Assembly: GCA_963789235.1 (NCBI GenBank)
Contig: CAWBJX010000003.1
Location: 265,257 to 329,256 of the forward strand
Direction of reading: 5' to 3'
Source: an uncultured Acidimicrobiaceae bacterium
GTDB taxonomy: Bacteria > Actinomycetota > Acidimicrobiia > Acidimicrobiales > RAAP-2
DNA length: 64,000 nt
Both the position numbers and the translations under genes were made by a program. Shown here piece after piece: positions 8,649 through 18,492 of this stretch (positions are counted from its first letter, which is position 1; each line of letters starts with the position of its first letter). The notes beneath the pieces were generated by a model. That model was not told the origin of the DNA. It was given only the letters and a program-made list of their open reading frames with translations, and made no database searches.

Positions 8649-10625
8649 ATGAGCGAGAGCCAAGAGCAGGGCCTGTCGGCCCTGCTGAACGAAACCAGGA
8701 CCTTTCGGCCCCCCGAGGACTTGGCCAGGGATGCCAACGCGCAGCCGGTCGTCTACGCCGAGGCGCAGGCCGATCCGCTCGGCTTTTGGGAGGCACACGC
8801 CAGGCGGTTGACGTGGGCGCACCCCTGGTCGCAGGTGCTCGACTGGGAACCCCCGTTCGCCAAGTGGTTCGTCGGCGGCACACTCAACGTGGCCGTCAAT
8901 TGCGTCGACCGTCACGTCGCGGCAGGGCTGGGTGACCGGGTGGCCTTCCACTGGGAGGGCGAGCCGGGCGACACCCGCACCATCACCTACGCCGAGCTGC
9001 TCGCCTCGGTCTGCCGGGCCGCCAACGCCCTCACCGAGCTGGGGGTGCGGGCCGGGGACAAGGTCGCCATCTACCTGCCCATGATCCCCGAGGCGGTCAT
9101 CTCCATGCTGGCCTGTGCCCGCCTCGGCGCGCCCCACACCGTCGTCTTCGGCGGCTTCTCCTCCGACGCCCTGCGCAGCCGCATCCTCGACTGCGACGCT
9201 CACTTCGTCATCACCGCGGACGGCGGTTACCGGCGCGGCGCGGCGAGTTCGCTCAAGCCCGCCGTCGACGAGGCGGTCCAGGAGTGCCCCGACGTCGAGC
9301 GCGTGCTGGTAGTCAGGCGCACCGGGCAGGAAGTCGCCTGGGACGACGCCCGCGACGTGTGGTGGCACGAGGTGGTGGACCGGCAGCCCGCCGAGCACGA
9401 GGCACAGGCCTTCGATGCCGAGCACCCGCTCTACATCATGTACACGAGCGGGACGACGGCCAAGCCCAAGGGGATCCTCCACACCAGCGGCGGCTACCTC
9501 ACCCATGTCTCGGCGACGCACTGGCTGACCTTCGACCTCAAGCCCGAGAAGGACGTCTTCTGGACGGCGGCCGACATCGGTTGGGTCACCGGTCACAGCT
9601 ACATCGTCTACGGTCCGTTGGCCAACGCCGCCACGTCCGTCATGTACGAGGGCACCCCGGACACCCCGACCCGCGACCGTTGGTGGGAGATCGTCGAGCG
9701 CTACAAGGTCACGATCCTCTACACCGCGCCCACCACCATCCGCACCTTCATGAAGTGGGGTGAGGACCTCCCGGCCAAGCACGACCTCTCGAGCCTCCGT
9801 CTCTTGGGATCGGTCGGCGAGCCCATCAACCCCGAGGCGTGGATCTGGTACCGCACCCACATCGGCGGTGAGCGGTGCCCCATCGTCGACACCTGGTGGC
9901 AGACCGAGACGGGCGGCATCCTCATCACCCCGCTGCCGGGGATCACGGCCACCAAGCCGGGTGCCGCCATGACGCCGTTCCCCGGGGTGTCCGCCGACGT
10001 GATCGACAACGACGGCCGCTCGGTCGGCAACGGCGAGGGCGGCTATCTGGTGCTCACGGATCCCTGGCCGGGCATGCTGCGCGGGATCTACGGGGACGAC
10101 CAGCGTTACCAGGAGACGTACTGGTCGCGCTTTCCCGGCCGCTACTTCGCCGGTGATGGTGCCAAGCGTGACCAGGACGGCGACCTTTGGCTGCTCGGCC
10201 GGGTCGACGACGTGATGAACATCTCGGGGCACCGGATCTCGACCACCGAGGTGGAGCACGCGCTGGTCGGCCATCCCGCCGTGGCCGAGGCCGCCGTCGT
10301 GGGCGCTAGCGATGCCACCACCGGGCAGGCGATCGTGGCCTTCGTCACCGTCAAGGGGGCGAGCGATGCCGAGGGCGAGGCGGGGGAGCGGTTGGTGCGC
10401 GAGCTGCGCGACCACGTGGCGCACGAGATCGGACCCATCGCCAAACCGCGTCAGATCATGTTGACACCCGAGCTTCCCAAGACCCGCAGCGGCAAGATCA
10501 TGCGACGCCTCCTGCGCGACGTCGCCGACGATCGGCCGCTGGGCGACGTGACCACCTTGCTCGACCCGACGGTGGTCAACTCCATCAGGGGCCACATGGG
10601 CGACGGCGGCGACGACAAGGAGTAG
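8649..10625 (+). CDS. acs: Acetyl-CoA synthetase (AMP-forming)
   Basis: ATG at 8649 after GAGGAG. Intact 658 aa with Acs hallmarks: YTSGTTAKPKGILHTSGGYL, WWQTETGG, and PKTRSGKIMRRLLRD near the C-terminus. Confidence 0.9.
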   Translation: MSESQEQGLSALLNETRTFRPPEDLARDANAQPVVYAEAQADPLGFWEAHARRLTWAHPWSQVLDWEPPFAKWFVGGTLNVAVNCVDRHVAAGLGDRVAFHWEGEPGDTRTITYAELLASVCRAANALTELGVRAGDKVAIYLPMIPEAVISMLACARLGAPHTVVFGGFSSDALRSRILDCDAHFVITADGGYRRGAASSLKPAVDEAVQECPDVERVLVVRRTGQEVAWDDARDVWWHEVVDRQPAEHEAQAFDAEHPLYIMYTSGTTAKPKGILHTSGGYLTHVSATHWLTFDLKPEKDVFWTAADIGWVTGHSYIVYGPLANAATSVMYEGTPDTPTRDRWWEIVERYKVTILYTAPTTIRTFMKWGEDLPAKHDLSSLRLLGSVGEPINPEAWIWYRTHIGGERCPIVDTWWQTETGGILITPLPGITATKPGAAMTPFPGVSADVIDNDGRSVGNGEGGYLVLTDPWPGMLRGIYGDDQRYQETYWSRFPGRYFAGDGAKRDQDGDLWLLGRVDDVMNISGHRISTTEVEHALVGHPAVAEAAVVGASDATTGQAIVAFVTVKGASDAEGEAGERLVRELRDHVAHEIGPIAKPRQIMLTPELPKTRSGKIMRRLLRDVADDRPLGDVTTLLDPTVVNSIRGHMGDGGDDKE

Positions 10626-10666
10626 CAAGGAATCACGGGCGGTCGAGGCCGTCGCCGCTCCGCACC

Positions 10667-11480
10667 GTGGCCCGGCGGGACGTCCACTACATGACCGCGT
10701 ACCGCTACGTGCGGACGGGCCGACTGCCGGCGACCCGGGGCGGTGCGCTGTGGTTGGTCGACCCGAGCGACCTCGGGGCGGTGGCGACCAGCGCCGGCGC
10801 CCCGGGGCGACACCGGGCTGCCGGCCGCATCACCATTGCGGCCGCCCTGGTCCGCCGTCTCGAGTCCCGCCTCGTCGCAGGGGACGAGGCGGGGGCGTGG
10901 GCCATCGTCGCAGCCTCCTGGAGCGGCGGGACCGCCCCGGACACCCTCGTCGTCGACCTCATCGGCGCGGCGATGCGCCTCGTCGGTGACCGCTGGGCGA
11001 CGGGTGACCTCACGGTGGACGACGAGCACCAGGCGACCGGCGTGGCCCAGCGCCTGTTCGCCCGGCTCGGGCCGCAGTTCACCACGCGGGGGCCGAAGCG
11101 GCGGAGCGTGGTCCTCGGCGCGCCGCCCGACGAGTTGCACGGGCCACCGCCATGGCCGCCAACATCCTGCGCGGCCGCGGCTACGAGGTGCTCGATCTGG
11201 GCGCCGACCTCCCGGTCGAGGCCTTCGCCACCGCCTCGCCAAGGCGACCCGTCGGCCCGTGGCGGTGGCGGTGGCGGTGTCCTCCGGTGAGCACGATCGG
11301 TCGATGCGGGCCATCGTGCGGGCGGTGCACCGGGCGCTTCCCGGACTGGCCGTGCTGGTCGGCGGTTCGGCCATCGGAGGCGCAGAGCACGCGGCCCGAC
11401 TGGGCGCGGGCTGGACGGGGGACGACGCCCGCAGCCTCGCCGAGGTCATCGAGGGGCTCGACCGCGCCTCCCGCGCTTGA
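10667..11480 (+). pseudogene. HTH (excisionase/MerR-like) plus cobalamin B12-binding domain regulator (LitR/CarH-like architecture), two frameshifts
   Basis: N-terminal YMTAYRYVRTGRLPA HTH. The B12-binding fold continues across three frames: ...VVLGAPPDELHG / AMAANILRGRGYEVLDLGADLPVEAF / AKATRRPVAVAVAVSSGEHDRSM...LVGGSAI. Shifts at about 11140 and 11238. The N-terminus is uncertain. Confidence 0.6.
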
Positions 11481-11567
11481 TCGTCGCCGCCGGTCGGCCC
11501 CGAGTCCGCCCGGACGGTGGGGCGCAGAGCACTACGGTGACATCCCGGACGGCGTCTGGGTGGGGGT

Positions 11568-12152
11568 GTGGTGACGACACAGCGTGAAGAGGACACGGGC
11601 GGGGAGCGGGACGAGGCGTTCGAGGCCGAGCTCGCCGCCCTCGTCGGGAAGCCGGTCTCGTCGCGCGGCGCCGTCGTGGCGCCCGACCCGGTCAACGAGC
11701 CGATGATCCGGCACTGGGCGGCCGCCTTCGAGGATTGGAACCCCGTCTACACCGACCCCGGCGTTGCCGCCCGATCCCGCTTCGGCGGGATCGTGGCGCC
11801 GCCCCTGATGCTGCAGACCTGGACGATGGCGACCCCGAAGATCACCGGCATCGCGGCGCGGGGCGGGTCACCCGTCGAGTCCGACGACGAGGCACCGCTG
11901 CTCCTGCTGGACCGGGCCGGCTACACCGCGACCTTGGCCACCAACTCGGAGTTCGACATCATCCGCTACCTGCGACCCGGTGACGTGGTGTCGGCGACGA
12001 CGGTGTTCGAGTCGATCTCGGAGGAGAAGGCAACGAGCATGGGGCCGGGCCGTTTCGTCACCTGGGTGACCACCTACACCGACCAGCAGGGCGAGGTCGT
12101 CGGCCACCAGCGCTTCCGCATCTTGAAGTTCGACCCCTCGGGCGCGGCATGA
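11568..12152 (+). CDS. MaoC-like (R)-hydratase, N-terminal-type hotdog subunit
   Basis: 194 aa. Segment NEPMIRHWAAAFEDWNPVYTDP is typical of MaoC_dehydrat_N. Stop overlaps the next gene's start. Confidence 0.7.
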   Translation: MVTTQREEDTGGERDEAFEAELAALVGKPVSSRGAVVAPDPVNEPMIRHWAAAFEDWNPVYTDPGVAARSRFGGIVAPPLMLQTWTMATPKITGIAARGGSPVESDDEAPLLLLDRAGYTATLATNSEFDIIRYLRPGDVVSATTVFESISEEKATSMGPGRFVTWVTTYTDQQGEVVGHQRFRILKFDPSGAA

Positions 12153-12601
12153 GTGCCACCGAGCGCGCCGCGGCAGTCGACGCCCACTCGCTGACCCTGG
12201 GCACCGAGGTCACGCCGCTGGTGGTGGACCTCGACGCCACCCGCATCGTGGCCGGGGCCATCGCCACCCGTGATTTCATGCCCGCCCACCACGACCGGGA
12301 CTTCGCCAACCGCCAGGGTGCCCCCGACATCTTCATGAACATCCTGTCCGATACGGCCTACTGCAGCCGCTTCCTCACCGACTGGGCCGGCCCCGACGCC
12401 ATGGTCACCCGCCTGGCCATCCGCCTCGGGGTCCCGGTCTTCCCCGGCCACACCCTGACCTTCACCGGATCCGTGACGGCGCTGGAGCACCGGGACACCG
12501 AGGTCGTCGTGGGGGTGACCTTCACGGGGGCGAGCGATCTCGGCGACCACGTGACCGGCACCGCCGAGCTGCGCCTCCCCCTCGACGGCACAGGGGAGTG
12601 A
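12149..12601 (+). CDS. MaoC family dehydratase (hotdog fold)
   Basis: 150 aa. Segment IATRDFMPAHHDRDFANRQGAPDIFMN matches the MaoC active-site region. Translationally coupled to the upstream hotdog gene (ChsH1/ChsH2-like heteromer arrangement). Confidence 0.75.
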   Translation: MSATERAAAVDAHSLTLGTEVTPLVVDLDATRIVAGAIATRDFMPAHHDRDFANRQGAPDIFMNILSDTAYCSRFLTDWAGPDAMVTRLAIRLGVPVFPGHTLTFTGSVTALEHRDTEVVVGVTFTGASDLGDHVTGTAELRLPLDGTGE

Positions 12602-12643
12602 GGACGGGGCGGGCGGACCGCGCCGGGACGCCGAGCGGGGGGT

Positions 12644-13831
12644 CTAGGCCGGCGGGTGCACCTCGAGCACCGTGGCCGAGCCCATGCCGCCGCCGGCGCA
12701 CAGCGTTCCCACGCCGATCCCGCCGCCACGCCGGCGCAACTCGTGGATCAGGGTCACCAGGATCCGTGCCCCCGACGCGCCGACCGGATGCCCGATGCCG
12801 ACCGCCCCGCCGTTGACGTTGACGATGTCGTGGGGGAACCCCAGCTTGCGTGAGCAGGCGACCGCCATCGACGCGAAGGCCTCGTTGATCTCGACGAGGT
12901 CTACGTCGGACTCGCTGAGCCCCGCACGGTTCAGGGCCCGGGGGACGCACACCGTGGGCGCCAGGCCGGTGCGGGCGGGCTCGATCCCGCACGAGTTCCA
13001 CGACCGCACCGTCGCCAGCGGCTCCATCCCGTGGGCCTCGGCGTAGGCCCGGGCCACGACCGCCAGGGCGGCACCGCCGTCGGCGATGCCCGACGAGTTG
13101 CCCGCGGTGATGGTCCCCTCCGGACCGGTCAGCGACGGCAGCGCGGCCAGCTTCTCGAGGGAGGTGTCCCGGCGCGGGTGCTCGTCGACGCTCACCGTGA
13201 CGGTCTCGCCCCGGCCGGCCGGCACCATCACCGGCACGATCTCCGCCGCGAAGCGCCCGTCGTCGGTGGCGGCGACGGCCCGCAGGTTGGAGTGGTACGA
13301 CCAGTGGTCCGACTCCTCGCGGGTGATGCCGCACTCCCGCGCCGTGTTCTCGCCCACCGTGATCAGCATGTTCATGTTCGGTGCCTCGGGCGAGTCCGGG
13401 TGGCTGGGAGGCAGATAGCGCTCGACGCCCCCGAAGGGGAAGGGTGACTTCTCGAACATGAGCGGCGACCGTGTCATCGACTCCACGCCGCCGGCGATCA
13501 CCGCGTCGGCCATGCCCGAGCGGACGTTGGCGGCCGCCTCCTGCAGCGCCATCATCCCGGTGGCGCACTGGCGCTGCACCGCGCCGCCGGGCGTGTCGGG
13601 CGGCAGTCCCAGCGCGTTGGCCACGTAGCGGGCCGTGCAGCCGCCGCCTTGGAGGACCTCGCCCACGATCAGGTCGTCGATGTCGCCGGGCTGGAGCCCG
13701 GCAGCCGCGATGACGCTCGCCACGGTCTGCATGCCGATGTCCTGGATGCTCAGCCCGGCCAGACTCCGCCCGGAGCGGCCGATCGGGGTGCGGACCGCGG
13801 CGACCACGACGGCGTCGGTGGCTTCACTCAT
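12644..13831 (-). CDS. Acetyl-CoA C-acyltransferase (degradative thiolase, FadA type)
   Basis: 395 aa. Active-site Cys context VQRQCATGMMAL. C-terminal NVNGGAVGIGHPVGASGARIL and GTLCAGGGMG. Confidence 0.9.
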   Translation of the reverse strand: MSEATDAVVVAAVRTPIGRSGRSLAGLSIQDIGMQTVASVIAAAGLQPGDIDDLIVGEVLQGGGCTARYVANALGLPPDTPGGAVQRQCATGMMALQEAAANVRSGMADAVIAGGVESMTRSPLMFEKSPFPFGGVERYLPPSHPDSPEAPNMNMLITVGENTARECGITREESDHWSYHSNLRAVAATDDGRFAAEIVPVMVPAGRGETVTVSVDEHPRRDTSLEKLAALPSLTGPEGTITAGNSSGIADGGAALAVVARAYAEAHGMEPLATVRSWNSCGIEPARTGLAPTVCVPRALNRAGLSESDVDLVEINEAFASMAVACSRKLGFPHDIVNVNGGAVGIGHPVGASGARILVTLIHELRRRGGGIGVGTLCAGGGMGSATVLEVHPPA

Positions 13832-13843
13832 GATGGCGCCTCC

Positions 13844-14251
13844 TCAAGCCCGCACGAAGACAGGGATCGTGAACTCGTCGGAGATCGGCTGGAACGTGAC
13901 CTTGAGCGCCATGCCGACCGCCAATTCGTCGAAGGGGCAGTCGACCACGTTGGTCATCATGCGCGGCCCCTCGGCCAGGTCCACGATGGCAGCGACGTAG
14001 GGGACGCGGTCGCGAAAGGGCGGCTGGTCGTTGTTGTAGATCACCGACCAGGTATAGAGCGTCGCCTCCCCGCTGGCCTCGTGCCACTCCACGCGCTCGC
14101 TCCAGCACTTCGGGCAGAAGGGCCGCGGGTAGTACGAGTAGGCGTCGCAGTCGAGGCAGTGCTTGATGAGGAGCCGCTCCTCCTTCGCCGCCTGCCAGAA
14201 CTCGATGGTGTCGCCCTCGGGCGTCGGGAGATCGAAACGGACCGTGGTCAT
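13844..14251 (-). CDS. Zn-ribbon/OB-fold protein (DUF35 family)
   Basis: 135 aa. CLDCDAYSYYPRPFCPKC zinc ribbon followed by an OB-fold-like region. Lies 12 nt upstream of the thiolase on the same strand. Confidence 0.8.
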   Translation of the reverse strand: MTTVRFDLPTPEGDTIEFWQAAKEERLLIKHCLDCDAYSYYPRPFCPKCWSERVEWHEASGEATLYTWSVIYNNDQPPFRDRVPYVAAIVDLAEGPRMMTNVVDCPFDELAVGMALKVTFQPISDEFTIPVFVRA

Positions 14252-14442
14252 GGCGCCTCTTCCCTAGGTCGTGCCCGGCGGCCCGCGACCCCCTGGCACA
14301 TCTCGACAGCCACCCCCGGGATTGACCCCGGAGGCGCAGCGGCCATGCTGCAACGAACCTGACGTCGGCGTCAACTTTGCCGCACCGACCAGCGACCCTG
14401 GGGGACGCCTGCCTCCATGGACACTCCGATTGTCCCACTCTG

Positions 14443-14906
14443 CTATTCGGCTTCCGCATCTCGCTTTATCGCCGCAAGCGTCGCCGGGATACCTGTCCGC
14501 GCCAGTTCCAGACGGACTCCGATCTGAGCCTCAGCGTCCGCACCGAACCGTTCCTCGAACATGGATTTACCGCCGGGCAGCAGCTCCCACGACTCGGTCA
14601 GCCGCGTCCCCCACTGACGGGGGTGAAGATGTATCCCCATCGCGTCCAGGTGCCATTGACCACGAACGCGAATTCACGACCGCGATCGGCGGCAACGACT
14701 TCCGATCGGGTCTCCCAGGTGCGTTCGGGTAGCTCGTTCCGCCCGGTGAACCACGCTCCCACCTCTGGACCTGCGCCCTCGTCCCACCAGCACTCCTTGC
14801 ACACAGGGCTCCAGCTCCCCATGTGAGCGATGTCGGAGATCAGGTCGTAGAGATCCTCGGGGGAGCGAGCAATGACGATCGAGTCCGAATGAGTCAGAGT
14901 GGTCAT
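14443..14906 (-). pseudogene. SRPBCC (START/polyketide cyclase-like) family protein, one frameshift
   Basis: The N-terminal part (MTTLTHSDSIVIARSPEDLYDLISD...) in ORF 14598..14945 continues in ORF 14443..14640 (TRLTESWELLPGG...LAAIKRDAE). Shift at about 14600-14640. Confidence 0.6.
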
Positions 14907-14992
14907 ACCTCGAAGTCTTCCAGCTCTTTCATCGTCTCGGCGCAACCTCGTCCTCTTCTCGCACGATGCGCATCGCTCCGAGACGAGTCCGA

Positions 14993-15541
14993 TCAGAAGA
15001 GGAACGGCACGAGCATCTTGGTCGAGTGCCTGTACGCAGGATAGGTGTCGGGAAACTGCTCGCTCAGGTAGCGCTCCTCGACAGTCGCGCTATAGACGAA
15101 GTAGACCCCCGCCAGGACCACGGCGATCAGCCACAGCCAACTCAGCGCCACCGCGGTACCCACACCAGCGACCAGGATGCCAGAGTAGATGGGGTGGCGG
15201 ACCAGGCGGTAGGGACCGCTGGTCACGAGCTCCGGCTCGTCCTTTTGCGACATCGGGGTGCCCCAGTTGCGCCCGATGTGCACGCGGGCCCAGATGGCGA
15301 ACCCCAACCCGAGAGCGAAGAGGAAGAGCCCGAGTCCAGCGAGCCACGGATCCGAGTTGAGGCCTTCGTGTCTCAAGGCTCCCAAGCGGATCAAGAGGAT
15401 CGCGCCGACGAGGATCACCGCCCTGATGCGCAGCTCACGGGACCAAGGGACGCGGCCTCTCTTCATGGAGAAGGCCGCCACGAGCCAGTAGATCCAGAAC
15501 GCCGCCCATCCCACGGCAAAGACGAGCTCGACCGCGTGCAT
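14993..15541 (-). CDS. Isoprenylcysteine carboxyl methyltransferase (ICMT) family membrane protein
   Basis: Multi-TM protein with GPYRLVRHPIYSGILVAGVG. Start placed at the internal ATG (MHAVELVF...). The longer ORF overlaps the divergent gene. Confidence 0.7.
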   Translation of the reverse strand: MHAVELVFAVGWAAFWIYWLVAAFSMKRGRVPWSRELRIRAVILVGAILLIRLGALRHEGLNSDPWLAGLGLFLFALGLGFAIWARVHIGRNWGTPMSQKDEPELVTSGPYRLVRHPIYSGILVAGVGTAVALSWLWLIAVVLAGVYFVYSATVEERYLSEQFPDTYPAYRHSTKMLVPFLF

Positions 15542-15641
15542 GCGACTCAGACTTTCACGAATACCGGCGATCCGTGACGAGGACGTCCACCGTGGCGCGC
15601 CTTGGCACCGAACGCAAGACTGGGGCGTCGAAAGGGATGGC

Positions 15642-16972
15642 ATGGACGAGCAACCCGCCACAAGGTATGCGAAGACACCCGACGGGGTAAGCCTCGCCTA
15701 CCAGGTCTTTGGCGAAGGACCGATGGACCTGGTCCTTTCGGGATATGCGACGCCCATCGACCTCTTGTGGGATGAGGCCGGATTCGTCCGCTGCGCCAAG
15801 CGTCTCCGTCGCTTCAGTCGCGTCATCTTGCGCGAACCCAGGGGCGTCGGAGCTTCAGGAGGAAGTACCGCCGCCTTCGCGGAAGAGATCACCGATGCCG
15901 CCGTCACGACGGTGCTTGACGCGGCCGGGTGTGAGGGGGTCGTCCTTCTCGGCATCGACGTTGCCGGTGCGACCGCCATCCGCTATGCCGCCACACATCC
16001 GGACCGCGTCACGGCCTTGATCCTCTTCAACTCCTTCCCTCATTACCTCCGAGAGGACGGCTATCCCTTCGGTTTCTCGCCTGAGGAGCTTGAGGAATTC
16101 ACCGCCAGGCGCAGCGAGACCTGGGGGACAGAAGAATCCATCGACCTCATCGCTCCCTCTCACGTTCATAACCAAGAGTTCCGCGGCGGTTCGCGAGGTG
16201 GCAGCGCCTCGTCGTCTCTCCCGAGCAGCACGCCCAGTCGCTGCGTTATGGCTTCTCGCGAGATGTGCGTGCGCTGCTGCCCAGCATCGGCGTGCCCACG
16301 CTGGTCTTGCACCGGGAGGGCAATCAATACGTGAGGGCCGAAGCAGGTCGCTACATGGCAGAGCACATCCCTGGAGCCAAGTACGTCGAACTGCCCGGAG
16401 CGGACCATCTCTTCTTCGCTGGCGACACCGATCTCCTCATGGACCAGGTGGAAGAGTTCCTGACCGGTCACCATCAGGCTCCAGAGGGCGACGTTGTCAC
16501 GGCCACCATCTTGTTCACCGACATCGTCTCATCGACCGAGCAGTCGGCCCGCCTGGGCCACCGCAAGTGGACCAAACTCACCGACGACCACGACGCCATG
16601 GTCCGAGCCACACTTCAGCGGTACCGGGGTCGCGAGGTCAAGACCATCGGCGACGGCTTTCTCGCCACGTTCGACGCCACCACTCGGGCCGTACACGCGG
16701 CGGTGGAGATCGTGTCTCAGGCGAAGAGCATGGGCTTGGAGGTCCGAGCCGGCGTCCATATCGGAGAGGTCGAAATTCGGCCCAACGATGTGGTCGGGCT
16801 GATCGTGACCATCTCCAAGCGCATCTGCGATCTCTCGGGTCCTGGACAGGTGCTTGTCTCAGAGGCGGTGAAGCTCCACCTCGTCGGCTCGGGTATCGCG
16901 GCGTGTGAGCACGGGACCTACGTGTTGAAGGGAGTGCCGGAGGAGTGGCGGCTCTTCGCTGTCGAAGGTTGA
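15642..16972 (+). pseudogene. Alpha/beta-hydrolase domain fused to a class III adenylate/guanylate cyclase domain (LipJ-like architecture), one frameshift
   Basis: ORF 15540..16334 carries the hydrolase fold (start ATG 15642). ORF 16265..16972 carries the cyclase domain (ATILFTDIVSSTE, KTIGDGFLATFD, AGVHIGEVE). The reading continues after a shift at about 16180 (..NQEF/RRWFARWQRLVVSPEQ..). Confidence 0.75.
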
Positions 16973-17165
16973 GACCGACCGTGAAGTAGCCACAACCTTC
17001 GAAGGGCGCGGACGTGCGTTGCCGGCCCTCACTCTGCGACGAACCTGGTGGAGCCCCCGAACCGGGCGCTGACACGGTTCGGGACGTTGGACCCTTCCTC
17101 CGAGCGCCCGATCGTCTCAAGATGGAGTGAAGGTGCCCGAGTGATCCGTTTCGGAGGTGAGTTTC

Positions 17166-17810
17166 GTGTCCCTCAGATCATCCTTTCAAGGCCACGTCCC
17201 TACGGGGGACGGCTCTGCCTCCGGGGTGTTGGAGGCACCTTCGGGCAATCTGCGCTTCGCCGACTGGCTCTTCCGCTCGAAGGCTGCCAGCCTCATTTGG
17301 CTGGTGGCACGCTTGTGGCTCGGCTACGAATGGCTCAACGCCGGTTATCAGAAGCTCTGGGGTTCGGAGAACGCGGCCTTTTGGAACCATGGCGGGATTG
17401 CCGTCAAGGGCTACGCCGCGGCGTCGGTGGCCGGATCGTCTACCGGGAAGGGTGGCGCCTCCTACGGATGGTGGGCGGCGTTCCTCCACAACTTCGTGAT
17501 CCCCAACGCCGACTGGATCGCCAAGTTCATCTCCATCGCCGAGTTCCTCATCGGCATCCTGCTGATCGCGGGGCTGTTCACCGGGCTGGCCGCGGTCGGC
17601 GGGGTGGCCCTGAACCTCGTCTACATGCTCTCGGGTACGGCGGGTGTGAACCCGGTCTATGCCTTTGTCGGGGTCTTCTTGATCCTGGCCTGGCGCAACG
17701 CAGGGTACCTGGGTCTCGACCGTTTCGCTCTGCCGGCCCTCCGCAACCTGTCCCACGGCCACGACAAGGGAGCACACGTCCCGAGCACTGCGATGCCGGT
17801 GCACGGATGA
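17166..17810 (+). CDS. DoxX-like integral membrane protein
   Basis: Four predicted TM segments (LIWLVARLWLGYEWL..., FISIAEFLIGILLIAGLF..., AAVGGVALNLVYML, VYAFVGVFLILAW). GGAGGTG lies 6 nt before the GTG at 17166. ORF track start is 17157. Confidence 0.55.
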   Translation: MSLRSSFQGHVPTGDGSASGVLEAPSGNLRFADWLFRSKAASLIWLVARLWLGYEWLNAGYQKLWGSENAAFWNHGGIAVKGYAAASVAGSSTGKGGASYGWWAAFLHNFVIPNADWIAKFISIAEFLIGILLIAGLFTGLAAVGGVALNLVYMLSGTAGVNPVYAFVGVFLILAWRNAGYLGLDRFALPALRNLSHGHDKGAHVPSTAMPVHG

Positions 17811-17942
17811 GGTCGTGCGCCCTGAATGAGCGACAGGGCCCGGCTGTCCTGGTTGCCACACCTTTGGGACGTTCGTCCTACCGCATCGAGCCGGCCACGC
17901 GGAGACTGAGAGCGTCGGCCGACCGACCGAAGGGGGGTTGAA

Positions 17943-18398
17943 GTGGCTGAACAGATCGCCGATCTCGTCTCTCACCATCCACTCCTCAGTGGTCTGCCCG
18001 GTGACGGCGTCGACCTCGTGGCCGGGTGCGCGAAGAACGTCGTCTTCGCGGCAGGCAGTTTCCTGCTGCACGAGGGCGAAGCGGCCGACTCTTTGTACCT
18101 GGTGCGCCGAGGGAAGGTGAACCTCGAAATCCACTCGCCCGGTCGGGGTCCGATGGTCGTTGAGACCCTGGGCCCGGGGGACGTGGTCGGATGGTCTTGG
18201 CTATTCCCGCCCTACCGCTGGCACTTGGATGCTCGGGCGGTGGAGCCGGTCGGAGCGATCGCCGTCGACGCGGCATGCCTTCGCGGCAAGGCCGACGCGG
18301 ACCCTGCGTTCGGCTACGAGATCATGAAGCGGTTCGCCACCGTGATGCTCGACCGGCTCGACGCCAGCCGTCTCCGGCTCCTCGACATCTACGGCTAA
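17943..18398 (+). CDS. Cyclic nucleotide-binding domain protein, single domain with no output domain
   Basis: 151 aa with a cNMP-binding beta-roll (FLLHEGEAADSLYLVRRGKVNLEI ... GPGDVVGWSWL). GTG start after AAGGGGGG. Confidence 0.75.
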   Translation: MAEQIADLVSHHPLLSGLPGDGVDLVAGCAKNVVFAAGSFLLHEGEAADSLYLVRRGKVNLEIHSPGRGPMVVETLGPGDVVGWSWLFPPYRWHLDARAVEPVGAIAVDAACLRGKADADPAFGYEIMKRFATVMLDRLDASRLRLLDIYG

Positions 18399-18492
18399 CG
18401 AGCTTCTTACCGGACACATCCAAGTGGCCGGCGTCCAGGCCAGCAATGAGGAACCTCGAGGTCCCTCGTCCATTGCCGGACGCGGAGCGGGG

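Noticed and set aside
8544-10628. 694-aa ORF on the minus strand
   Set aside because: It lies exactly antisense to the intact, strongly conserved acs gene. Its composition is Arg/Gly/Pro/Ala-rich and low in complexity, as expected of shadow ORFs in very GC-rich DNA.
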